A stretch of 5,056 nt of DNA from a virus (taxonomy: Duplodnaviria; Heunggongvirae; Uroviricota; Caudoviricetes): IMG/VR virus record IMGVR_UViG_2529293223_000003; one strand, written 5' to 3'. This document shows positions 1 to 5,056 of this stretch, piece after piece. Each line of letters starts with the position of its first letter. Positions within the stretch are counted from its first letter, which is position 1. Both the position numbers and the translations under genes were made by a program. The notes beneath the pieces are model-generated. The model searched no databases. It saw nothing but the letters and a program-made list of their open reading frames with translations, and was not told where the DNA came from.

Positions 1-7
1 AAATAGA

Positions 8-1030
8 ATGGCATCAGAAGAGCTAATAATGAGCAGAAAAACCCAACGTTACTCTAAAGAGTTCAAAGCCGAAGCTGTCAGAACGGTTCTTGAAAATCAA
101 CTTTCGATCAGTGAAGGCGCTTCCCGATTATCCCTTCCTGAAGGCACTTTAGGACAATGGGTTACCGCCGCCAGAAAAGGGCTCGGTACTCCTGGTTCCC
201 GCACGGTGGCTGAACTGGAATCTGAAATTCTGCAACTGCGTAAGGCGTTAAATGAAGCTCGCCTTGAGCGAGATATATTAAAAAAAAGCAACAGCGTATT
301 TTGCACAGGAGTCGCTGAAAAATACGCGTTAATCGAACAATGGCGACAACAATTTCCTATTGAAGCGATGTGTCAGGTATTTGGTGTATCCAGGAGCGGT
401 TATTACAACTGGGTACAGCATGAACCCTCAGACAGAAAACAAAGTGATGAGCGGCTAAAACTGGAGATTAAGGTGGCACATATCCGCACTCGCGAAACAT
501 ATGGAACCCGGCGGCTCCAGACGGAGCTGGCAGAGAATGGCATCATCGTTGGTCGTGACCGACTGGCACGTCTTCGTAAGGAGCTAAGGCTACGCTGTAA
601 GCAGGAACGCAAGTTCAGAGCGACTACGAACTCGAACCACAATCTGCCAGTTGCGCCAAATCTGCTGAACCAGACGTTCGCTCCTACAGCACCAAATCAG
701 GTCTGGGTGGCGGACCTGACGTATGTTGCCACACAGGAGGGATGGTTGTACCTCGCTGGCATCAAAGATGTTTATACGTGCGAAATTGTCGGCTACGCCA
801 TGGGAGAGCGCATGACAAAAGAGCTGACAGGTAAAGCCCTGTTTATGGCGCTCAGGAGCCAGCGCCCACCTGCCGGGCTAATCCACCACTCTGATCGAGG
901 TTCACAGTACTGCGCATACGATTACCGGGTCATACAGGAGCAGTTTGGTCTGAAAACATCAATGTCGCGTAAAGGTAACTGTTACGACAACGCTCCGATG
1001 GAAAGCTTCTGGGGAACGCTGAAAAAATGA
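8..1030 (+). CDS. IS3-family transposase, OrfA-OrfB fused in one continuous frame (340 codons); likely true start is the ATG at 29 (MSRKTQRYSKEF...); C-terminus frameshifted
   Basis: Six-frame ORF 8..1030. An A8 run at 280-287 places orfA and orfB in one frame. With one fewer A the upstream frame reads ...LKKATAYFAQESLKNTR then TAA, a typical 100-aa OrfA ending, so this ORF corresponds to the OrfAB fusion normally made by -1 ribosomal frameshifting on A AAA AAA. The ORF ends at TGA 1028-1030 immediately after an A6 run. Confidence 0.8.
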   Translation: MASEELIMSRKTQRYSKEFKAEAVRTVLENQLSISEGASRLSLPEGTLGQWVTAARKGLGTPGSRTVAELESEILQLRKALNEARLERDILKKSNSVFCTGVAEKYALIEQWRQQFPIEAMCQVFGVSRSGYYNWVQHEPSDRKQSDERLKLEIKVAHIRTRETYGTRRLQTELAENGIIVGRDRLARLRKELRLRCKQERKFRATTNSNHNLPVAPNLLNQTFAPTAPNQVWVADLTYVATQEGWLYLAGIKDVYTCEIVGYAMGERMTKELTGKALFMALRSQRPPAGLIHHSDRGSQYCAYDYRVIQEQFGLKTSMSRKGNCYDNAPMESFWGTLKK

Positions 1031-1118
1031 GAGCCTGAGCCACTATCGTTTTAATAACCGGGATGAAGCCATCTCAGTAATACGGGAATACATTGAGATT
1101 TTCTACAATCGTCAGCGT
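1026..1118 (+). pseudogene. Out-of-frame C-terminal fragment of the IS3-family orfB (NESLSHYRFNNRDEAISVIREYIEIFYNRQR), cut by the Mu insertion
   Basis: Translating the +1 frame from 1026 gives 31 codons with the conserved IS3-family C-terminal pattern (LKNE...F..R.EA...I.EYIE.FYN..R), ending exactly at the Mu terminus. The frame break is at the A6 run 1022-1027. Confidence 0.7.
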
Positions 1119-1200
1119 TGAAGCGGCGCACGAAAAACGCGAAAGCGTTTCACGATAAATGCGAAAACTTTAGCTTTCGCGCTTCAAATGAAACAGCAGT
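1119..1200. mobile_element. Phage Mu right end (attR) with MuA-binding sites R1, R2 and inverted R3; Mu terminus at 1119 (5'-TG...)
   Basis: 1119-1168 reads TGAAGCGGCGCACGAAAAACGCGAAAGCGTTTCACGATAAATGCGAAAAC, which I recognise as the canonical 50-bp Mu R-end. 1172-1198 holds an inverted copy of the MuA consensus (reverse complement TGTTTCATTTGAAGCGCGAAAG). Confidence 0.85.
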
Positions 1201-1233
1201 ATTAATTACCGCTTTTTATTCATTACATGGGGA

Positions 1234-1959
1234 TCACTTAGGGTATGGCTGAACCTTGAATAGTTTGGTATTTAGCCGCTTCCTTGCTCGCTTGTTCAGG
1301 AATCTGATGTAGCGATACTGATTAAATTTGTGCACCACGGCACGCTCCTTATTAGCTCGCAAATACTCGCCTCGTTGCCCTCCGCGCTTAATCGCGTTCA
1401 TCGTTATCTCGTGATACCACTCACCATCCAGCTCGTAGAACGTGCTTTCATGGCTGCCAATAAAATCAAAATTCGACGCCTGATACACAACGCCTGCGAG
1501 TCCGCAGCGTTCGTCAGCAAAGGACTGAACCCACTCCACTGACGGATACAGTAATCTGATAACTTTCAGCGCGTAGCTGATGGCCCGTGATTCAGAGTTG
1601 CGGGGCATGTCGTCGTGTAGCCACATGCGATTCAACTCCATATAGCCCCGGTTATCCGTTTCAAGCACGACACGACGACCTGAGTTGGGGTTAAGGGCAT
1701 ATCCCCACTGGAGAACGCCAACCAGATCACGCCCGCTGAATACTCCCAGGTGAAGGTAAGAGTTATTCACAAAACGGCGGGAATAGTGCTTTGTCTGAAT
1801 GATTGTGCGGGCCAGCCAGCAGGATATGGTTTCAACGCGCAGCTCCTTTGAACCATAGCCAACAATCTGGCCTTCATACTCAATAACGCACGGTTTCGTC
1901 AGAATGCGTGATTTCTTCTCTTTTCCCACAATGTTTCTCCGTGGGATGCTCGCAGACAT
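1234..1959 (-). CDS. mom: Mom, phage Mu DNA-modification protein (adenine N6 carbamoylmethyl/acetamido modification, anti-restriction)
   Basis: ORF 1234..1959 (241 codons from the ATG at 1959). A shorter 231-codon product from the GTG at 1929 is possible. Sits immediately downstream of com with overlapping frames, as in the Mu com-mom operon, next to the Mu right end. Confidence 0.85.
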   Translation of the reverse strand: MSASIPRRNIVGKEKKSRILTKPCVIEYEGQIVGYGSKELRVETISCWLARTIIQTKHYSRRFVNNSYLHLGVFSGRDLVGVLQWGYALNPNSGRRVVLETDNRGYMELNRMWLHDDMPRNSESRAISYALKVIRLLYPSVEWVQSFADERCGLAGVVYQASNFDFIGSHESTFYELDGEWYHEITMNAIKRGGQRGEYLRANKERAVVHKFNQYRYIRFLNKRARKRLNTKLFKVQPYPK

Positions 1960-2068
1960 TCAGCATTATGATGTGACGTTTGCAACGCGGACACCTGATT
2001 TCAATGTGATCAAAGGAATCCGCTTTAAATAACAGTTTGTTGCAGTTCTTACAGCGAATTGATTTCAT
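1880..2068 (-). CDS. com: Com, 62-aa zinc-finger translational activator of mom
   Basis: [38 protein letters not shown]... with four Cys in a CxxC...CxxC arrangement. The ATG at 2066-2068 is preceded by a strong Shine-Dalgarno (AAGGAGGT, 5 nt upstream). The ORF track's longer 2086 start lacks this. The 3' end overlaps the mom start region. Confidence 0.9.
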   Translation of the reverse strand: MKSIRCKNCNKLLFKADSFDHIEIRCPRCKRHIIMLNVCEHPTEKHCGKREEITHSDETVRY

Positions 2069-2086
2069 TTCACCTCCTTGCATCAA

Positions 2087-2180
2087 TTCGCCGTTATCTT
2101 AAAAAATCTCATCAGTCGGGTGTGGTTATCGGGACATAATCGATCGGTAATACAGATCGATTTAATTGATTCGATCGTCG
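2087..2180 (-). promoter_or_regulatory. com-mom promoter region: three Dam GATC sites (2142-2145, 2155-2158, 2173-2176), T6 run and -10-like TAAGAT (minus strand, about 2096-2106)
   Basis: Three GATC sites within 35 bp upstream of com, the last inside the final codons of the gin remnant. On the minus strand, GAGATTTTTTAAGATAACGG precedes com. This matches the known Dam/OxyR- and C-protein-regulated mom promoter architecture of Mu. Exact -35/-10 assignment is uncertain. Confidence 0.6.
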
Positions 2181-2359
2181 TTTTCTATATGCGTTCCTTT
2201 TTGAAGGCGCTTTAAAGCACGTTTTAATCCCGGTCGGTCTGTCCTTGTTCCGCTTAATTTATCTTCAAATATTTGTTCACATCCTGCACAAACAAGAGCG
2301 TTTCGTTGCAGGTCTGTATTCTGGTCATTTGTTGATACCCTTACATAGCCAATCAGCAC
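2162..2359 (-). pseudogene. gin: gin serine DNA invertase, internally deleted in frame: 65-codon remnant with N-terminal 55 residues and C-terminal about 9 residues
   Basis: GTG start at 2359. MLIGYVRVSTNDQNTDLQRNALVCAGCEQIFEDKLSGTRTDRPGLKRALKRLQKG matches the N-terminus of Gin/Pin/Hin/Cin-type invertases, with the catalytic Ser at residue 9. The ORF then reads T-HIENDDRIN and stops. Full-length invertases are about 185-195 aa, and the gix-to-com interval has no room for another one. Junction is around 2189-2197. Confidence 0.8.
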
Positions 2360-2413
2360 GCTGAATTCCCCGTTTAAAAGCGGAAATCATGCCATGCAGG
2401 CCAGAAACGGCCA

Positions 2414-2439
2414 TTATCTAAAACCTCGGTTTACAGGAA
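2414..2439. other. gix recombination (crossover) site, the gin-proximal boundary of the invertible G segment
   Basis: TTATCTAAAACCTCGGTTTACAGGAA is a 26-bp imperfect palindrome of the hix/gix/cix type (TT.....AAACC / GGTTT.....AA half-sites around a 2-bp core), 55 bp upstream of the gin start. The tail-fibre reading frame opens immediately inside it. Confidence 0.7.
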
Positions 2440-3384
2440 ACGGTAAATCAGGCTTCTGGCGCATTACAGAAAAACCAGAACGGCGCAGATATTCCAGGAA
2501 AAGATACCTTCACCAAAAATATTGGGGCCTGCCGCGCATATAGCGCATGGGTGGATATTGGTGGCGATAGTCAGGTCTGGACAACTGCGCAATTTATTTC
2601 GTGGCTGGAGAGTCAGGGGGCATTTAACCATCCTTACTGGATGTGCAAAGGCTCATGGGCTTATGCAAACAATAAGGTCATTACAGATACAGGTTGCGGA
2701 AATATTTGTCTTGCAGGTGCTGTGGTGGAAGTTACTGGCACTCGCGGCGCAATGACCATACGTGTTACTACACCGAGTACGTCCAGCGGTGGCGGAATTA
2801 CTAACGCTCAATTCACTTATATTAATCATGGCAATGCTTATGCTCCTGGCTGGCGACGAGACTACAACACGAAAAACCAGCAGCCTGCATTTGCTTTAGG
2901 GCAAACAGGAAATACCGTCGGAAACGACAAAGCCGTTGGCTGGAACTGGAATAGCGGTGTTTATGATGCAGATATCAGCGGTGCATCAACATTAATCCTC
3001 CACTTCAATAAGAATACGGGGAGCTGCCCTGCTGTACAGTTCCGTGTGAATTATAAGAACGGCGGTATTTTTTATCGTTCAGCGCGTGATGGTTATGGAT
3101 TTGAGGCTGGCTGGTCAGAGTTTTACACCACAACACGCAAGCCATCAGCGAGAGATGTTGGCGCATATACGCAGGCAGAATGTAACTCAAGGTTTATTAC
3201 AGGTATTCGCCTTGGTGGTCTGTCATCTGTTCGGACATGGAATGGTCCCGGCTGGTCTGACAGGTCAGGTTATGTTGTTACCGGTTCCGTTAACTCAAAC
3301 AGAGATGAACTAATTGATACAACTCAGGCAAGGCCAGTTCAGTATTGCATTAATGGGACGTGGTATAACGCGGGGAGTATTTAA
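2422..3384 (+). CDS. S': Tail-fibre variable C-terminal part, gin-proximal cassette (probably S'v, silent in this orientation); no start codon of its own
   Basis: The frame is open from the stop at 2419-2421 (inside gix) through to 3384. The track's GTG at 2551 has no Shine-Dalgarno. C-terminus ...PVQYCINGTWYNAGSI parallels the other cassette. The S' versus S label is inferred from partner sizes (U' 177 aa, U 175 aa, from memory). Confidence 0.7.
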   Translation, partial: NLGLQETVNQASGALQKNQNGADIPGKDTFTKNIGACRAYSAWVDIGGDSQVWTTAQFISWLESQGAFNHPYWMCKGSWAYANNKVITDTGCGNICLAGAVVEVTGTRGAMTIRVTTPSTSSGGGITNAQFTYINHGNAYAPGWRRDYNTKNQQPAFALGQTGNTVGNDKAVGWNWNSGVYDADISGASTLILHFNKNTGSCPAVQFRVNYKNGGIFYRSARDGYGFEAGWSEFYTTTRKPSARDVGAYTQAECNSRFITGIRLGGLSSVRTWNGPGWSDRSGYVVTGSVNSNRDELIDTTQARPVQYCINGTWYNAGSI

Positions 3385-3386
3385 CG

Positions 3387-3920
3387 ATGATGCACTTAAA
3401 AAACATTTCTGCTGGTAATCCTGAAACAAAAGAGCAATACCAGCTAACGAAGCAATTTAACATCAAATGGCTTTATACAGAGGATGGAAAAAACTGGTAT
3501 GAGGAACAAAAGAATTTCCAGTCTGATACGTTGAAAATGGTCTATGACCACAACGGCGTTATTATTTGTATTGAAAAGGATGTTTCAGCAATTAATCCGG
3601 AAGGCGCAAGCGTCGTTGAGGTTCCTGATATTACAGCAAATCGCCGGGCTGATATTTCAGGTAAATGGATGTTCAAAGATGGCGTAGTGATAAAGCGAAC
3701 TTATACCGGGGAAGAGCAGAGGCAACAGGCGGAAAATGAAAAGCAAAGCCTGCTACAGCTCGTCAGGGATAAAACCCAGCTATGGGACTCACAGCTACGG
3801 CTGGGTATCATTTCCGACGAGAATAAACAAAAATTAACCGAGTGGATGCTCTATGCGCAGAAAGTCGAATCCACAGACACCTCCAGCCTGTCAGTAACGT
3901 TTCCCGAACAACCTGAATGA
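3387..3920 (+). CDS. U': Tail-fibre assembly protein (Tfa family), 177 aa, probably U'
   Basis: ORF 3387..3920, MMHLKNISAGNPETKEQYQLTK..., starting 2 nt after the tail-fibre stop with a GGGGAG Shine-Dalgarno. N-terminal about 110 residues are paralogous to the minus-strand Tfa, the C-terminus diverges. Confidence 0.85.
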   Translation: MMHLKNISAGNPETKEQYQLTKQFNIKWLYTEDGKNWYEEQKNFQSDTLKMVYDHNGVIICIEKDVSAINPEGASVVEVPDITANRRADISGKWMFKDGVVIKRTYTGEEQRQQAENEKQSLLQLVRDKTQLWDSQLRLGIISDENKQKLTEWMLYAQKVESTDTSSLSVTFPEQPE

Positions 3921-3923
3921 GAC

Positions 3924-3950
3924 AAGGCCCGCTATCGGGCCTTAATTTTT
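3924..3950 (+). terminator. Intrinsic-terminator-like hairpin between the convergent tfa genes (stem AAGGCCCG / CGGGCCTT, loop CTAT, then AATTTTT)
   Basis: 8-bp GC-rich stem at 3924-3931 and 3936-3943 followed by a T5 run on the plus strand. The U-tract is weaker on the minus strand, so bidirectional function is uncertain. Confidence 0.5.
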
Positions 3951-4476
3951 ACTCTGGTTTTTGTGGCCATTCTGGCTTTGCCGTATCCACACGGCTGACC
4001 AGAACACTGTAGCGTTCCCATGACTCCAGTCGTGCGCGTTCCTCATCTGTTGCCATATTCAGCCTGACAGAGCGCTCCAGCGGCTGAATAACGCTTTCTG
4101 CTTCGGAAAGTAACGCAGCTTTTTGTAATTCGGCCTGTTGTTGCTGTTCGTCTGCCGTATAAATCCGTTTAACCACAGCTCCGTCCTTAAACATCCATTT
4201 ACCTGAGTCATCAGCACGTCGGTTGGCTGTTATATCGGGGATTTCAACGACGCTAAAACCTTCAGGATTAAGCGTGGAGGCATCTTTAGTGACGGCGACA
4301 ATAATATTATTTTCGTCGTAAACAATCTTTATTGTGTCCGGCTGAAAGTTCTTCACTTCCTCATACCAGTTTTTATCGTCTTCAGAGTAAAGCCAGATGA
4401 CTCCGTGTTTCTTTGTCAGCTCATACTGTTCTGGTGTTTTAGCGTTACCCGCTTTTATATTCTTCAGGTGCATCAT
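3949..4476 (-). CDS. U: Tail-fibre assembly protein (Tfa family), 175 aa, probably U
   Basis: ORF 3949..4509 trimmed to the [11 protein letters not shown]... start at 4476, which mirrors the plus-strand tfa start and lies 1 nt after the upstream tail-fibre stop (4478-4480). The 11 extra N-terminal codons in the track ORF overlap the tail-fibre gene and are unlikely to be real. Confidence 0.85.
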   Translation of the reverse strand: MMHLKNIKAGNAKTPEQYELTKKHGVIWLYSEDDKNWYEEVKNFQPDTIKIVYDENNIIVAVTKDASTLNPEGFSVVEIPDITANRRADDSGKWMFKDGAVVKRIYTADEQQQQAELQKAALLSEAESVIQPLERSVRLNMATDEERARLESWERYSVLVSRVDTAKPEWPQKPE

Positions 4477-4477
4477 A

Positions 4478-5056
4478 TTAAATACTCGCCACATTATACC
4501 AAGTGCCATTTATATACTTTTGCACTGGCCTGTAATGAACGCCTGCAATATTATCGGCAGAGTTTTTTCCGGTATCCTGTACGTTAATCCCCGTCAGTAC
4601 ATAGCCTGACGGGCACTGGAAATTCCATGTTTGCCAGTTGTTCACTCCATAATATTGCTGTGAACCAAGCCGGACATCTTTCACATATCTGGAATCAAAA
4701 TTGCCATAGTTGCCTGGAATAACTTGCGAGCCGCAAAGCCAGTTACCGTTATTATCCATGTACGCCTGACCATCGGTGCCATTGGCTGTCCTTGAGTTAT
4801 TAATCATGTAGATGCCAAATTGCTTATTCCCCAGCCCACCAATTACGAATTTACGGTCGGTATGGTCCTGGCGAAGCAATGCCTGCGCACCATCGTTGGA
4901 TACCGCATTACGGCCCAGAATAACATTCTGGTCACGCATATGAATCCACATGCCGGTACTACTGTTAATTGCAAAACGGTTTGCAAATATATCTCCTGTA
5001 ACAACCAGACCATGCCCCATGCTTATCCGGCCAGTTCTGAGATTAAGCGTAAAGGG
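4478..5056 (-). CDS. S: Tail-fibre variable C-terminal part, distal cassette (probably Sv, the expressed one if fused to a constant part outside the window); partial, continues past the window end
   Basis: Minus-strand frame is open from the window edge (5056) to the stop at 4478-4480. C-terminus ...[16 protein letters not shown]. The ATG at 5020 is internal. Confidence 0.75.
   Translation of the reverse strand, partial: PFTLNLRTGRISMGHGLVVTGDIFANRFAINSSTGMWIHMRDQNVILGRNAVSNDGAQALLRQDHTDRKFVIGGLGNKQFGIYMINNSRTANGTDGQAYMDNNGNWLCGSQVIPGNYGNFDSRYVKDVRLGSQQYYGVNNWQTWNFQCPSGYVLTGINVQDTGKNSADNIAGVHYRPVQKYINGTWYNVASI

Larger units (their letters stand above)
1..1118 (+). mobile_element. IS3-family insertion sequence (IS600-like), partial: left end upstream of the window, right part cut off at 1118/1119 by the Mu insertion
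   Basis: Encodes a typical IS3-family OrfA (helix-turn-helix and leucine-zipper region) followed by an OrfB with DDE-type motifs (WVADLTYV, HHSDRGSQY, NAPMESFWGTLK). The IS reading frame stops abruptly where the Mu terminus begins. IS600-like is assigned from memory of the protein, not from a search. Confidence 0.8.
2414..5056. other. Invertible G segment (partial): two convergent tail-fibre variable part plus assembly-protein cassettes; distal gix site lies beyond the window end
   Basis: The gene layout (2422-3920 on plus, 3949-5056 on minus), an adjacent invertase gene and a gix site match the Mu G / P1 C / e14 P invertible-segment organisation. The reverse complement of the 2414-2439 gix is not found inside the window. 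Confidence 0.75.

Noticed and set aside
97-642. Minus-strand ORFs 97..306 (69 aa) and 403..642 (79 aa)
   Set aside because: They lie entirely antisense within the conserved IS3-family transposase coding sequence, have Arg/Ser-rich low-complexity translations, and show no recognisable domain. Most likely chance ORFs.
1119-1200. Inverted repeats (TTGAAGCG...CGCTTCAA, GCGAAAGC...GCTTTCGC) that could be read as a terminator or as the IS right terminal repeat
   Set aside because: The sequence matches the Mu R-end and MuA-binding-site consensus in the expected direct-direct-inverted arrangement. The repeats are explained by attR sites R1-R3, not by a terminator or IS end.
1330-1542. Plus-strand ORF 1330..1542 (70 aa)
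   Set aside because: Antisense and fully internal to mom, with no Shine-Dalgarno or domain signal. Chance ORF.
1959-2086. Longer starts for com (ATG at 2086, MMQGGEMKS...) and the upstream part of the mom ORF
   Set aside because: The ATG at 2066-2068 has an excellent Shine-Dalgarno (AAGGAGGT) and gives the 62-aa zinc-finger protein. The upstream ATGs lie within that Shine-Dalgarno and promoter region. The mom start ambiguity (1959 or 1929) is kept as uncertainty rather than a separate gene.
2360-2413. Possible gin promoter (-10-like TAGATAAT on the minus strand, overlapping the gix site)
   Set aside because: Plausible by analogy with Cin/Gin systems, but I could not identify a convincing -35 and cannot place the promoter from sequence alone.
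2522-2755. Plus-strand ORF 2522..2755 (77 aa, TTG start) and the GTG 2551 start of the 277-aa ORF as an independent gene
   Set aside because: 2522..2755 is out of frame and overlaps the tail-fibre variable part. The tail-fibre frame is open back to the gix site at 2422 with no Shine-Dalgarno before 2551, as expected for a promoterless invertible cassette.
3005-3313. Small ORFs 3005..3190 (minus) and 3086..3313 (plus) inside the tail-fibre variable part
   Set aside because: Embedded in alternative frames or antisense within a well-supported CDS, with no independent signals.
4397-4609. Plus-strand ORFs 4397..4609 and 4405..4587, and the 11-codon N-terminal extension ([11 protein letters not shown]) of the minus-strand tfa ORF
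   Set aside because: The plus-strand ORFs are antisense across the tail-fibre/tfa junction. The tfa extension overlaps the upstream tail-fibre gene, whereas the MMHLKN start mirrors the paralogous gene's start and spacing.
1-5056. CRISPR arrays, tRNA or rRNA genes, or a novel defence or toxin system
   Set aside because: No regularly spaced direct repeats and no tRNA- or rRNA-like structure were seen. Every substantial ORF is accounted for by the IS transposase or by known Mu right-end genes, so nothing points to an undescribed system in this window.

Overview
I find no evidence of a novel system here: the window reads as the right-end ~4 kb of a bacteriophage Mu-type transposable prophage inserted into an IS3-family (IS600-like) insertion sequence. 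All calls rest on reading the sequence and on recalled knowledge of phage Mu and IS3-family elements; no database search was run. Left to right: a partial IS (1-1118) whose transposase frame is cut at 1118/1119 by the Mu right terminus (TGAAGCGGCGCACGAAAAACGCGAAAG...); the Mu attR MuA-binding sites (1119-1200); mom and com on the minus strand with their Dam/GATC-containing promoter region; a 65-codon remnant of the gin invertase gene; a gix crossover site; and most of the invertible G segment, with two convergent tail-fibre variable part plus assembly-protein cassettes. The points worth a second look are structural variants of known modules: (1) gin carries an in-frame internal deletion that removes most of the recombinase but leaves both ends of the gene, where cis-acting elements sit in Mu; (2) the G segment is therefore probably locked, with the minus-strand cassette as the expressed one; (3) the IS transposase has two +1 changes in poly-A runs, one fusing orfA to orfB and one frameshifting the C-terminus, which could equally be homopolymer sequencing errors; (4) the exact Mu/IS junction. 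No CRISPR array, tRNA or rRNA was seen.
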